A program made the position numbers and the translations under genes. A stretch of DNA of 60,807 nt from Chara braunii (taxonomy: Eukaryota; Plantae; Charophyceae), in assembly GCA_003427395.1 (NCBI GenBank), contig BFEA01000011.1, positions 3,909,153-3,969,959 on the forward strand, written 5' to 3'. Positions 26,455 through 40,300 of this stretch are shown in pieces; positions within the stretch are counted from its first letter, which is position 1; each line of letters opens with the position of its first letter. A model generated the notes under the pieces. That model worked only from the letters and a program-made list of their open reading frames with translations. It did not search any database and was not told the DNA's origin.

Positions 26455-26800
26455 TGCAAGGAATATGAGTGAGAACAATATATATAGAAAACCCAGTTGC
26501 GGAATCACACAGATGTCCAAGTAGTCACATACAAACAGAGATCACAATTGCACCGAGATTCCATTCAAACAAGGGCACTACAATGAGCTTTTAAGCCAAT
26601 ATTCAAGCGCTCAGGCCATGCCACCACAATATTCAACGTAGCTCCTCTCTATGTGGCGCCCTGCACCCAGCCTATACTACTTGCCTATCCTTGTACAGTC
26701 GCATTCACGCAACGGACTCACTTCGACTTTGAAGACCAATGTACATAACGTCAACACCATAGCCGACCTCTCACATACACCAGGTACGTATTTTTCCCCT
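26455..26800 (-). mobile_element. Partial LTR related to 48286-49384
   Basis: Starts TGCAAGGAA and shares GTCCAAGTAGTCA, ACGTCAACACCA and CACCAGGTACGT with the LTR at 48286. Confidence 0.55.
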
Positions 26801-26879
26801 ATTTCTCTCCATCTCTTTTTTTTTGTCTCACTCTCTGTGTGTATGTTGTTGCATGTCTCCCAGTGTGTCTCTGTGTCTT

Positions 26880-27008
26880 TGTGTGTTTGTGTAACTGCGT
26901 ATGTGTCACTGTGTCTATGTGTGTCCCACTTTGTCCGTGTCATAGGGACACGGACAAAGTGGGACACACATAGACACAGTGACACATACGCAGTTACACA
27001 AACACACA
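26880..27008. repeat. ~60-bp-arm near-perfect palindrome in TG-rich sequence
   Basis: ...GTCCCACTTTGTCCGTGTC-ATAGG-GACACGGACAAAGTGGGAC... Confidence 0.85.
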
Positions 27009-27082
27009 TGTGTTTCACTGTGTACGTGTGTCTGTCACAGTGTGACTGTTACCGTGTGACAGTGTAGGTGGCACTGTGACTG

Positions 27083-28490
27083 TTACCGTGGACTCCCCTT
27101 CTTCTTCCACTCCTGTGGGCTCTTCTTCTTCCTCCCGTCTACTGGAGTAGGCTGAGCACTTCCTAGAGTAGCCTCTAAATCTACGGCCTTTCTAGAGAAG
27201 GTCTCAAAGGAATGATACTCGAGGCGAGCCTCGCTGACCAGCAAATTTATGAGATTCTCTGGGAGACATCTCACAAACATGGTCAATAAGACCTGGTCAT
27301 CGTAGCGTATGCCGGGAACGACGATGAGGCTCTCTACGGTAGACGTTAGCTCTCTGACTGACTTGTACTTTCGTTGGTCTAGTCTGAGCATCGCATCAGT
27401 GACAATTTGTGCCTGCTGTGGATTATGCCAGCGAGCTTCTACCATGTCTAAGAACTCTTCTGACGTAAGGGTCTTAGTCAGTCTGCCATGCGTCGTCCGT
27501 ACCCGACCTTTGCTACTAATCAATCCAGCCATTTGGTTGCCTTACCCTCAAGGTAAGATGCAGCAGTAATCACCTCCTCCTCCTGCAAAGTCCTCTTTGC
27601 CCTTAACCACACTGAAGCCGTTCTCAACCATGTGTTGAGTTCCTCGTCCTTCTTCTCTCTGGAGAAGGCAAGGGGCGGTTTCATAGGGGTCTTTGGGTAC
27701 CATTGACCTTGCGGCTGTCCCTGTTGAGGAACAGGTTGTTGCGGTGATGGTGTAGCTATCACCGCTGACCCAGAAGAAGAAGAAGCAACAGTCTGTGCGG
27801 CTGCTACAGACGTACCACTTGGTTGTGTGCCAGCTTGTACCGGAAAGGGGCCTGACATCGTCGTTAACGGCAACGGCGATTGTGTTGCTGGCCTAAGTCC
27901 TGGGCTTTGCAAAAGGTCCAAGATCTGGTTCAAAGAGTTCTGCATGAAGTCCAGTCTGCTGTCTACATGCGCATGCAGCGACAGTACACTGTTCTTCAAC
28001 ACTTTCATTTGGTCAGTCATGGATGACTCATCCAAACCCTCTAATGCAGCCTGGCTGTTTTATTTTTGATTTTTTTTTCTTTGTCGGTAGCTTGCTTCAG
28101 TTCCCTCTCTAACCGAGCGCGGATCCTTTCGACTTGCTGGAGCTCTTGTAGCTCCCTACTGCGTGGGGTCAACGGGTTGAACTGCAAGCCCGCCATTTGA
28201 CTTGTGGACTGACTAGAACCTACTGATCCGGAAGTACCCGCGGGCCCTAAGGGCATTCCCAAAAGGGTCCCAGACGAGGATGCAGCAGAGGATACTGCTG
28301 CGGTAACCATTGCTGTTGCAGCCTGCTCCCTAGCTGCGGCGTTTGCTGCCGCCCTGGCTGCTGCGAGAGTACGGGCTCTGCGTTCGGCTCCCGGTTGTAG
28401 GGCCTGAAACACGCGCGGGACCCTAAGTGATCTCGAACGTGTCAGCCTTTGATTGTCAACTCTACCCTCATCGGTGTCTGACCCACTCAT
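27083..28490 (-). pseudogene. Ty3/gypsy gag (disrupted; pol absent)
   Basis: Retrotransposon-gag motifs KPPLAF, AASYLEGKATKW, LRLDQRKYKSVRELT and FVRCLP over three broken ORFs. The PBS and LTR lie upstream once the nested element is removed. Confidence 0.75.
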
Positions 28491-29409
28491 CAGTTAGGCA
28501 AACACTATTTGCACTACAACCCCTTGCTGGAGTCCTACAACAGCATGTGTCTGACCGACACCTAATTTTCTAAAAATAAACGTGTCCTGCAGGTCCCCTA
28601 CTTGACCGATTAAGTGGCAACCTACAACATTCACAAAAGACTGTCAACATAGTCGAGTTCTATCATGATTAGTTCACTTACAGACACTTTGCACAGAACT
28701 GGCTATGGTAGTATACAACAGTCCTATACTAAATTGTCTGTGAGGTGTTAGCAGTATGTCAACCAACTAATCAACAATAAAACCAGACTATGTTGCAGAT
28801 GTATGAACATTGGATATAGTTGTGTTTACAGTTGAGCACCAATTAGAACCTACCCTCCCCTCAATCCAACATACCGATGAGCATCAAGAGTAGCAGTGTC
28901 ATAGGTGTGCAATGTCGGCCCACCCCTGTGCCCCAGGTGCATGCTTATGACCAGGCTTGCCCATTTTTTATCCTCGCATGCAACAACGAGTCGTACGTCC
29001 GAATGATCTGGCTGATCAAGAGGCCTATTTAAGGACTGCCCCCAAGGTCGCTCATGAATTATTTAACGTCGCAATCAGGACTACGATCACAGTCAGAATC
29101 AAATCGAAACCGCATCCAGAAATGTTTATAGACGGTCTGGGAGCGTCTGCATAAGCCTGTTCAGTTAGCACACCCCTCTATCAGCGCAACAAAAGTGCCC
29201 TCAAGACAAAGCAACCATCGCATGCGTGTACTAGTCCCATTGGGTTGGCATGGTGACCGTGACCCAAGTGCTTCGACCAGGGCCCTTCAGAGGCACCGCC
29301 CTTTCTCCTTCCAGATGCTTCACCGGGAAGATTGTCGTCTCTCAAGGTAGCGCGCTCATGACACCTCACCAAAAGAGAGGACTCTCAAGTTGGACTCACT
29401 TCCTCGCGG

Positions 29410-32400
29410 TGTCAGGCGGTCACAAGGGATGGGCCGCCTGAAAGCTGCGGCTTTGGGACCTAGGCTCAAAAACAAGTGTGTGTTTTGATGGTACTCTGGN
29501 NNNNNNNNNNNNNNNNNNNNNNNNNNNNNNNNNNNNNNNNNNNNNNNNNNNNNNNNNNNNNNNNNNNNNNNNNNNNNNNNNNNNNNNNNNNNNNNNNNNN
29601 NNNNNNNNNNNNNNNNNNNNNNNNNNNNNNNNNNNNNNNNNNNNNNNNNNNNNNNNNNNNNNNNNNNNNNNNNNNNNNNNNNNNNNNNNNNNNNNNNNNN
29701 NNNNNNNNNNNNNNNNNNNNNNNNNNNNNNNNNNNNNNNNNNNNNNNNNNNNNNNNNNNNNNNNNNNNNNNNNNNNNNNNNNNNNNNNNNNNNNNNNNNN
29801 NNNNNNNNNNNNNNNNNNNNNNNNNNNNNNNNNNNNNNNNNNNNNNNNNNNNNNNNNNNNNNNNNNNNNNNNNNNNNNNNNNNNNNNNNNNNNNNNNNNN
29901 NNNNNNNNNNNNNNNNNNNNNNNNNNNNNNNNNNNNNNNNNNNNNNNNNNNNNNNNNNNNNNNNNNNNNNNNNNNNNNNNNNNNNNNNNNNNNNNNNNNN
30001 NNNNNNNNNNNNNNNNNNNNNNNNNNNNNNNNNNNNNNNNNNNNNNNNNNNNNNNNNNNNNNNNNNNNNNNNNNNNNNNNNNNNNNNNNNNNNNNNNNNN
30101 NNNNNNNNNNNNNNNNNNNNNNNNNNNNNNNNNNNNNNNNNNNNNNNNNNNNNNNNNNNNNNNNNNNNNNNNNNNNNNNNNNNNNNNNNNNNNNNNNNNN
30201 NNNNNNNNNNNNNNNNNNNNNNNNNNNNNNNNNNNNNNNNNNNNNNNNNNNNNNNNNNNNNNNNNNNNNNNNNNNNNNNNNNNNNNNNNNNNNNNNNNNN
30301 NNNNNNNNNNNNNNNNNNNNNNNNNNNNNNNNNNNNNNNNNNNNNNNNNNNNNNNNNNNNNNNNNNNNNTTTACCTGACTATTGACCCTCTGAGTCAGTC
30401 CGAGGATGATCACATGGGCAGCGTGAGACGGTGCTGCTTTGGACCAACGGTATGATATTTGGGTCGGTACGGACACCGGTTCGGAGGGGTTCCGGTTATA
30501 GTTCGGTGTTTTGGTTCGGGGTGAGCTCAGTATCAGTGCATTTCAGGTTCAGACATATCAGCGTGATTTATTGTCAGGCTTGGGGCTGCTACGGCGATCT
30601 ATTTCAGCTTCGCCGCCGCCATGGCGGTTTATCCCGGGCACTGTGCTATCCCGGCCATTGATTTCGGATTCGATATGACTCGACACCAACATATTTTTTT
30701 TTCCAGCTCGACAAGGGCTCGACATCACCTTATTTCAGGCTCGAGCAGATCAGGGTGATTTATTATCCGGTTTGGAACCACCACATTGATTTATTTCAGG
30801 ATCGGAACAGCTTCGACGTGACTCCGACCGTCTACTTCCGGATCAGCACCAACACGNCAATTTATTTCNGCATCGAAGNCATTNCCACATTAATTTTCTG
30901 GTTNGGTTTGGGNTCGNCTGNCACGGTACNGNCTATTTCAGTTCTCTGCGACAACGATCGGATGTGTGTGTGAAAAACGACTCCAAATGATTAGTATGAT
31001 TTGGTACAGGTGCTACGGTCGGAGGCATTGTCACGGAACAGTTGTTGCAAAATACCGCGGCCAGTAGCTGCAGTCCCAGACGGCTATGTCAATGGGACTC
31101 AACGGTTCAATATTGAGGCCCTCTTCATCATCTTGGGTATGTACGGCACTAGCGTGAGGCTTTGGTCTGTCACCGGACTGGTACGGTCCTTGGGCCAATA
31201 CAGCCAGGTCACGGGGCCGCGGTACCATTATGCTCGGCACAGTTTCTGATTTGGTAACTAGGACAGTTCTCTTTGATTTCGACTGCAATGCCTATCGGTA
31301 CCGTTGGACTGGAATTCCCACAGTACGAGGGTACCCAGGCCCTCAGCAGCATGTGCTCCGTAAAAGGCTACGGTCGCAGCATATAGGGGAAGGCAGCAAA
31401 GAGAGGAGGGACGCACTCAGTACGAGCAAGGTGTACCCGCATATGCAAGCGCGGGGAAGACGCGCCAGCGCTGAGGCGGTTACTCCGCGTGTGAAGGAAG
31501 TGACGTGGGGGAAAGGAGCATGCAAGGTGTACCTGGCCCACAACATAGTGGGATCCAGGTAGGTCAACACGTGGGGAGCAACATGCAAGGCGTTCCCCGC
31601 CCACGTAGCATGCACGGAAGGGGTCAACGAGGGGGCAGTTGGAAGGAACGTGGACCAGAGGGAGAATAATTGGGCAGGCCATACCAAGCGAGCACGGAGA
31701 TCCACTGCGACTGTTGAAAAGCTTCTTTCATTAAACTGAGCGAGTGGCGGGCGTGGAACAACTGTTCTTTTGCCGCTGTCAATGAGAACAGCCATAGCCT
31801 TCTTCCTGTTTACCACCTGTCTGCTGTGCGAAGAGGCATGTTCACTTACCGCTGTCGAAGAGAGCAATCATAGCCTTCTCCCTGCTTAACGCCTGTCTGT
31901 TGTGCGAAGATACATGTTCATTTACCACTGTACACGAGAAGTTCTCGAACAACCATTGCCTTTCCGCTGAAACCGCCTGTCTGGTGTGTGAGGAGCCAGG
32001 TTCACCTACCGCTGTCGATGAGAACAGCCATAGTCCCTCTGCTGATTACCGCCTGTCTGCGGTATGAAGAGTCACGTTCACTAGTCATATCATTTTTGTT
32101 GCCTGCTGCATGTCTGCGGGGTGAAGAACCATGTTCATTCCTCCTCTCCTTGGGGGAAGGGATCGATCATTTTCGTTGATTGACAGGAGCAGCCACTTTC
32201 GCTGAATGGATGGCCAAACACTCTTGCTGCTGATCTGGGACCTTCAATTGTTGAGAAGATCAGCCGCTCTCGCCCCGGGCCAGACCAGTTGCGTTTCAGG
32301 TCAGTGTGATTTCGCTTGGAGACGGATGACGCATAAACAGTGCTGGGAGGACCAACGCATGTAAGGCATTAAGGATTGACCTGGAGTGAGAGAGAGAGAG

Positions 32401-33063
32401 TGTGTGGCGAGAGAGAGGGGGTGTGCGGAGAGACTGAGAGAGAGAGTGAGAGGATCAGATTGCGCAGCGTGCTCGAGAGAGAGAGAGAGAGACAGGGGAC
32501 TGAGGAAAAGTGAGAGAGCAGANNNNNNNNNNNNNNNNNNNNNNNNNNNNGCTGTCGATGAGAACAACCATAGTCCCTCTGCTGATTACCGCTTGTCTGC
32601 GGTATGAAGAGTCACGTTCACTAGTCATATCCTTTTTGCTGCCTGCCGCATATCTGCGGGGTGAAGAACCATGTTCATTCCTCCTCTCCTTGGGGGAAGG
32701 GATCAATCATTTTCATTGATTGACAGGAGCATCCACTTTCGCTGAATAGATGGCCAAACACTCTTGCTGCTGATCTGGGACCTTCAATTGTTGAGAAGAT
32801 CAGCCGCTCTCGCCCCGGGCCAGACCAGCTGCGTTTCAGGGAAGTGTGATTTCGCTTGGAGACGGATGACGCAAAAACAGTGCTGGGAGGACCAGCGCAT
32901 GTAAGGCATTAAGGATTGACCTGGAGTGAGAGAGAGAGAGTGTGTGGCGAGAGAGAGGGGGTGTGCGGAGAGACTGAGAGAGAGAGTGGGAGGATCAGAC
33001 TGCGCAACGTGCTCGAGAGAGAAAGAGAGAGACAGGGGACTGAGGAAGAGTGAGAGAGCTGAT

Positions 33064-33126
<63 letters not shown>

Positions 33127-34386
33127 GTTAGTTAATAAGAGAGGGCAACGAGAGTGGTAGAGCAGGATCCCGAAGGACGATGGTGAACTGTTAGAAGACC
33201 TGGGAGATCTCCTCGCTGCTCTGAGCCTTGTGAGCTGGCCAGCAAATCATCTTAGAGGAAGCATCATTTTCGAGAAATTGCTGAAAAGAGCCTTGATTGG
33301 CTCGCTGCTCAACTCATTTTCAGGAAGGTATCATTTTGGAGAAAATATTGAAAAGAGCCTTAATTGGCTAGCTACTCAAATCATTTCCAGGAAAGTATCA
33401 TTTTCGAAAAATCGTTGAAAAGAACCTTGATTGGCTCACTGCTCTGAGCCTTGGGAACTGGCCAACATATCATTTTCGGGAAATATTATTCTTGAGAAAT
33501 TATTGAAAAGAGCCTTGATTGGCTCACTGCTCTGAGCCCTGCGAACTGGCCAGCAGATCATTTTCGGGGGATATCATTTTTGAGAAATTATTGAAAAGAG
33601 CCTTGATTGGCTCACTGCTCTGAGCCTTGCGAACTGGCCAGCAGATCATTTTCGGGGAATATCGTTTTTGAGAAATTATTGAAAAGAGCCTTGATTGGCT
33701 CACTGCTCTGAGCCTTGCGAACTGGCCAGCAGATCATTTTCGGGAAATATCATTTTCGAGAAATTATTGAAAAGACCCTTGATTGGCTCACTGCTCTGAG
33801 CCTTGGGAATTGGCCAGTCGATCATTTTCCGGAAACATCATTTTTGAGAAATTATTGAAAAGGGCCTTGATTGGCTCGCTGCTCGGAGTCTTGTGAACTG
33901 GACAGCTAATTATTTTCGGAAAATATCATTTTCAAGAAATTATTGAAAAGAGCCTTGATTGGCTCGCCGCTCCGAGCCTTGTGGATTGGACAGCAAATCA
34001 TTTTCGGGAAATGTCGTTTTCGAGAAGTCGTTGAAAAGAGCCCTGATTGGCTCCTTGCTCTCTGCCAAATGAAAGCTAACGTTCCCTCTTTGGCGGCTTC
34101 GCCGCTCTTCTGATTGCGCGGAGGTGAGCTGATCCGAAGAGAACGGTAAGAGGATTGAACATTCCTGCGTGACACGGAGGGATCGATTCCGACCGAGATT
34201 ACTGTGAAATTTTCGCAAAGGAAAATATCTTAAAATGGTCTGTGGTTAAGGACCAAGAGTGACCTTGCTGAAAGGGACAACCCTGCTGGTCGCTGAGGAC
34301 CTCGGAAGCGGGCGCGGCGAAGTGACAGGCGTCGTAGTCCATGGCTTCAGCGAACGGTAGGTAGCCCCTCCCCGGGTTTCCTCACA
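29410..34386 (+). repeat. 5' LTR (contains gaps and a probable assembly duplication)
   Basis: TGTCAGGCGG...TTCCTCACA, near-identical to 43590-47923. Confidence 0.9.
33210..34060 (+). repeat. 88-bp tandem array inside the LTR, each unit with an inverted CCAAT (ATTGG); second copy at ~46750-47600
   Basis: GATTGGCTC recurs at 33517, 33605, 33693 and 33781 (88-bp period), about 9-10 units in total. Confidence 0.9.
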
Positions 34387-34390
34387 ACTT

Positions 34391-34408
34391 TGGCGTCGTT
34401 GCCGGGGA
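34391..34408 (+). promoter_or_regulatory. Primer-binding site, tRNA-Asp type
   Basis: TGGCGTCGTTGCCGGGGA lies 4 bp after the LTR, one mismatch from the Athila-type TGGCGCCGTTGCCGGGGA. Confidence 0.8.
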
Positions 34409-36560
34409 GGGGAGCAACACCCCCAAGGTCGCGGCCTTCCCCAACCAACGGGGGTGCACGGGCTGATTAGTCAAACACTAATTAGCTTGTTTTCTTGATT
34501 AGTTTTATTTTTTATAATAATTTTATTTAGTTTTTTTGAAATATCTCCCGATCCGCGCGCTTTCGTGTGAGCCGCGCTGGGAGCAAAGTTCGCCCTTTCG
34601 TCGAGGCGAACGTTTTGAGACGTTTTTTGAAAAATTCTAACGGCTAGAAAAAAGATATGGAATTTTTTGTATTTTTCTAATTGAAAATTCCAAAAATCAT
34701 GAGTTAAAATTTCTAATTGGTTTTTCCTCGATATCTCCTGATCCGCGCGCTTTCGTGCGAGGCGCACAGGAGCAAAGTTCGTCCTCTCGTCGAGGCGAAC
34801 GTTTTGAGATATTTTTTGAGAAATTTGAACGGCTGAAAAGCGAGATATGAAATTTTTTATACTTTTTGATTAAAAATTCTAAAAATTTTGATTTGCGTTT
34901 TATTGAAATGGTCGGGAAAATAAGCGAAATTAGGGGAACCCCGCTGGGACCAAAGCTGGTCCCTGTATTTTTCCCGCGAGCTCCAACAGATAGAAAAGGT
35001 GGAAGAAAATCAACGGGAAATTGAATTTCTTTGTAATTTTGTTTAAATTAAAAGAAAAAGGAATTAAAAAATGTAATCCAATAAGTTTTTCTTCTAAAAC
35101 TAGTGAAAGCTAACAAAAATTTTCTCGCGTCTAGCAGGGCTTTGCGATGTTTGCGCGGTTGCGCGCAAAATCCAAAACCCGTTAGGGGAAACCCTAATTA
35201 GGGTGAAATCCTAACCCCAATTTTGAGAGAAGCGGGTAGATAGAGGGAGGCCATAGCTTCTAGCTTCCGCATTTGTTACGGATTATTTTTTGTCAAATAT
35301 ATCCCGTAAGATTGTGGAAATTAATTCGGGAAGTTTTGCCCCATTAAATAATTAAGAATTATTTTACTTTTGATTTTGTTATTTAAAATCAATAAAAAAA
35401 AAATGAAATAAATATTAAAAATTGCGTAGGGACATTTGTTTGACTTCAATGCTCTTCATATCTACTTTACCTATTTGAGGGACTTTTTTCCGGACCCTAT
35501 CCCACCGGGGGGAAGGAAAACTGCTGTCGAAATTTCTCGAAATTTTCCTTTTAATTTAAATTTTTGCTAATTAATTAACAAAAATATTTAAAAATCGAGT
35601 TAAATCAATTTTTCTTTCTTTTTCATTATTCTTTTGATTTTCCCTCTTCGGCAGCGCTGTTTGAGGGCTTCGCCATAACCCCATCCCAACAGGGGGAGGC
35701 GAAACGCTGCTGAAATTCTAGTAAATTCTATTTCTACCCCTAAAAACCATCAAACTCGTCGGACTTATATATGTATTGATCCTTAATATATATAAACTAA
35801 GAAAGAAATTTTATCCTAACTAAATACATTTTTTTAAATTTATAATTGAAAAATACAAAAGAAATCCCTAGAAGAAGCAGGGAAAGAGACGCTGCGGTAA
35901 CGTGGTTTCGGGTGAACCTACTAGCTTGTTCCCAAAGGGGTGAGGCAAGCGACGGAAATTTTCAGTTATTAATCTACACCTAACTTACCTCAGCTGCTAG
36001 ACAGATGACCTCGTAGCCGTCTGGAAGATAAGGGAGTGAAAATAGAAATTGGAAGCTCTTGGAAGGATAGTGGAAGCTAGAAAGGTCGATGGGCGACCTT
36101 GGATGACAGTAGGAGGGCCTTTAGCGAGCTAACCGATTCAAGACAGGGCTAGGAGAACTAGCAAGGAGGACGGAGATAGACGCTCGGAGACTCTTGAGGG
36201 GTGTTGATCAGGAGTCGTTGGCTAGGTTTGGGACTGCGATCTGTCTCAAGGATAGAGGTCCTGTCACGGGTGTACTGCAGATCCGGGGAGGCACGTCCTT
36301 GTTGGCCGATCCCGAAGGAGAGGTTTACTTAGACACAGGGATTCTTGGGATAGAGGGAGAGCACGAGATCCGCGACCGGTACGGGATACTGGAAGTGGTA
36401 ATGAAAGCAGTCGAGAGCTAAGATTGGAGGCGGACGCGAGCCGTGACAAGAAAACAGGTCCGGGCTGCCCCAACTATCACAGGTCCGGGCTGCAGCGACT
36501 GTCATAGGGTCGGGCTGTAACAGTTGACTAGAATACCTAACTGCATCTTCTGGCGGTCCA

Positions 36561-39500
36561 ATGGAACCCGACACGATGGGGCCACAACCGACCACGGGCG
36601 AAGCGGGAGAGGAGTACAGGACATCGCCCGATCGAGCTCTGAGGGATCTGAAGGAACGAATTAGGCGAGAAGTACCGCTGAGATGGGCTGACCAAATCAA
36701 TGACGGAGGGCCCGACGTAAGGGGCGAACCGGTTGCGACAGAGCCGCAGGAGGCTCTAAAGACGGGTACCTCGAGCGGACGACGAGAAGCGACGAGGCGA
36801 CGCTCCCCCGAGTACGAGCGGAGGGACACCATAGCGGACAGGCACAGAGACGAATGGAGAGAGAGTTTGAGGGATTCCTATTGGAGGGACAGAGATAGAG
36901 ACAGGGCGCCGCCCAAGCGAGTCTCCGACCCCCAGACAGGGGAGTCACATCCGCTCCCTTACGAGAGCAAGGATCGCTATATTATTACGCACAAGGCCTC
37001 AGAGCCTCCTACCTTCAGGGGCTATGGTATCACAGAATATCTGGAGAAGTGGGAGTTTCACGCCAGCCGGAGTCAGTGGTCGGAGGAAGAGATTATAGAG
37101 AACTTCCTATTTAATGTGGACCCAAGTCTCGGTAGGGAAGTTAAGGAAGCTCGACCGAAGGATGGAAAATGGACTACGTACAAGAAGAACCTCGTTCAGC
37201 TTTACAAATTGGAGGATAACAAGTATTCCATCAAGGACCTTGAAACAATGACTCAAGATAAAGATGAGAGCGTACGGGCATTTGGGATGCGTTTCCAAAA
37301 GATCTCTGACGTGCTGATGAAGAAGGGGAAGATCTCAGAGGTCGAGCGCTGTACTATCTTCATCGGACACTTGTCCAAAGGTAGCCAAAAGAGTATACTT
37401 AGAGATCTTCCGCGCGACAGGCTTGATTTCTCAGAAGTCCTAAAGCTCGCGATAAAGGCAGAGGCAGACGATTACAAGGGCTTGATGTGGAGAGGGATGA
37501 GGATACGCGACTTCTTTCTCTACAAGGAGTATGCCACTGATAGATGTCCTGATTTCAAGGACTATCCCTGGTCGGAGAAGAATGAGGTCGTGGCTGAGGA
37601 AGTGAAGGAGATACGGGACATGGTGAAGGGATTGACGAGATAGGTTACAGAGATTGTGACCACTTCAGGGGCCACGGCCTACCGGGATAAACCTAGAGGG
37701 CCCTATTCACTTCGCTGGGACCGTAGGAACAACGATTCCTGGAGGAGTGTCGAGGATAGAAATCCTCGGACGCTGACTGATTANNNNNNNNNNNNNNNNN
37801 NNNNNNNNNNNNNNNNNNNNNNNNNNNNNNNNNNNNNNNNNNNNNNNNNNNNNNNNNNNNNNNNNNNNNNNNNNNNNNNNNNNNNNNNNNNNNNNNNNNN
37901 NNNNNNNNNNNNNNNNNNNNNNNNNNNNNNNNNNNNNNNNNNNNNNNNNNNNNNNNNNNNNNNNNNNNNNNNNNNNNNNNNNNNNNNNNNNNNNNNNNNN
38001 NNNNNNNNNNNNNNNNNNNNNNNNNNNNNNNNNNNNNNNNNNNNNNNNNNNNNNNNNNNNNNNNNNNNNNNNNNNNNNNNNNNNNNNNNNNNNNNNNNNN
38101 NNNNNNNNNNNNNNNNNNNNNNNNNNNNNNNNNNNNNNNNNNNNNNNNNNNNNNNNNNNNNNNNNNNNNNNNNNNNNNNNNNNNNNNNNNNNNNNNNNNN
38201 NNNNNNNNNNNNNNNNNNNNNNNNNNNNNNNNNNNNNNNNNNNNNNNNNNNNNNNNNNNNNNNNNNNNNNNNNNNNNNNNNNNNNNNNNNNNNNNNNNNN
38301 NNNNNNNNNNNNNNNNNNNNNNNNNNNNNNNNNCGTTTGCGCGAGCAAGGAGGCTGGATGATTACCCGCGAAGCCCTCGCTATGAGGCCGATCGGGGTAG
38401 AGGCAACTCCCGCGGCCGATGGGAGACAGATCAGGGCCGACGAGATGGATATAGGGACGACAGATACGAGAGATCGGACCGAGATGGATATAGGGATGAC
38501 AGATACGAGAGATCGGACCGAGACGGATATAGGGACGACAGATACGAGAGGTCGGGTCGAGATGGCTACAAAGGTGGTAGGTATGAAAGAGGAGATCGAG
38601 ACTGGGAACGACGAGATGGGTCGCCCGGATGGTTTGAGCGCGGGGGAGATGCGAGAGAGCAGCGCGACGAGTCGCAGGGGTGGTACAACCGAGGGGACCG
38701 ACGCGATGAGTCACGAGGGCGATATGACTCGGGGGACCGCCGGAATGATTCGCGAGGGCGGTATAAGCAAGGAGGGTCTGGAGGAGATCGCCGCAACGAT
38801 TCGCGCGGTCAGAATGAGAGAGGGGGATATGGCGTCTCATCAAAACCATATCCCAAGTCGCCTGACCCCAAGGCAGCCAGGAGTTCGATCTCTAGAAGCG
38901 CAGACGACGGACCATCTACTCCCAGGAACTCATGCGTCTACTGTAGAGGAGAAGATCATATCAAGAGAGATTGCCCGGACCTCAAACGGGCAATAGATGA
39001 GGGGCTTGTCGTGCTTGACGACCGCAAGTACGTCAAGTGGGCAGATGGTCTGGGAGATGTATCGATGTTCCCTTCGATGAAGGAGAATGTCGAAGCAAGG
39101 AGAGTAAAGCCGAGTAAAGAAAAGGAGCCGGTCAGGAGCCAGAGCATCAAGATAACCTTTGAGGGGGATATGGCGACCACACCCATAAGGGTGGCAACCA
39201 CCAAGTCGGCGAGAGGGTCTACATCGAAGAAGACTGACACGGATTACGTGATGACGGAGAAGGACGGGCAGTGGGTCGATGAAGAGGAGGTTATCCTTTC
39301 GCCGCGAAAGCGGGGAGTGGAGAAGTTCTTAATGAAGAATTCGCTGGACGAGATTGATACGGTCGAGCCACAGAGGCGGGCCCTTCGGCAACCCATGCAG
39401 TGCTCTATTCTGGAGTACCTGGCGGCATCGAAGCCGGCTCGTGATGAGTTACAGATGATCACGCGGAAGACTCGCATACCTCTATCGGAGGAGGGTCAAG

Positions 39501-40300
39501 GGGCCCCTAAGGCGGAAACTTCTACAGTAGCAGTAACGGGGATGACTGCCAGAGCGGATCGCATGGCGACAGTCCTTCTCGATGGAATGGAAGGTGTGCC
39601 TCCAGACAAGTTTTATATACTTGGTAGCGGGGCCGTGGAGACGATTATAAACGATGGAGCGGTACTCGATGCTGTGATCGATAGCGGCAGTGAGGCTGCC
39701 ATCATAGACGAGGACCTGGCAGTACAGGTTGGACTGGGCCTCGATAGGTCATACCTATTCGAGATAGAGACGGCTGATGGGAAAAAGCAACCGATCACTG
39801 GGGTTTGTTACAAGGCAGCCATAGAGGTCCAAGGGGTACGAGTGACCCTGCTTGTCTTTGCAGTCAAGAACTGCAGCTCCGACCTGCTCTTGGGTCGAAC
39901 GTGGCTGAGCCACGTGCATGCGGTGACGATAGAGCGACCTGATGGGAGTCAAACATTGTCCATTAGGAAACCAGACGGGACGCGGGTAATGATTGAGACA
40001 GTGGAGCCTCGGGATCCGAGGAACAGAGCAACTCTTGCTGTGGGTGCGAGACCCAGTGATCAGATTAAGTCGTTACTTATCTCCGGCCGCGCGGTGCGAT
40101 TTCGCGAGAAGAAATATGGACCACTGCTCACAAAAGGAAGAAGGTCGGATCGTGGAGGTGGAAGATTTAGGGAGTCGGCTAATAGTGGACGGCAACTCGT
40201 ACCCAAAGGAAAAAGATGAGGAATTTGGCGGTGTGGTATGCGTGTCTTTTTTAAGGGCACGACCCCCTATGGGAGGCTACCCAAGCGACACAAGCGAGTA
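36561..40300 (+). pseudogene. gag with R/D-rich repeats and zinc knuckle, then aspartic protease
   Basis: PPTFRG...QDKDESVRAF; CVYCRGEDHIKRDC at ~38933; AVIDSGSE...LLLGRTWL. Contains stops and a gap. Confidence 0.85.

Noticed and set aside
31990-33060. ~530-bp tandem duplication in the 5' LTR, and very high LTR-LTR identity
   Set aside because: It straddles an N-gap and the second copy matches the 3' LTR. Identical scattered-N patterns in both LTRs also point to collapsed or gap-filled assembly, so LTR-based dating is unreliable.
33210-34060. Regular array resembling CRISPR
   Set aside because: The whole unit repeats with no unique spacers, there are no cas genes, and it lies in a eukaryotic LTR.
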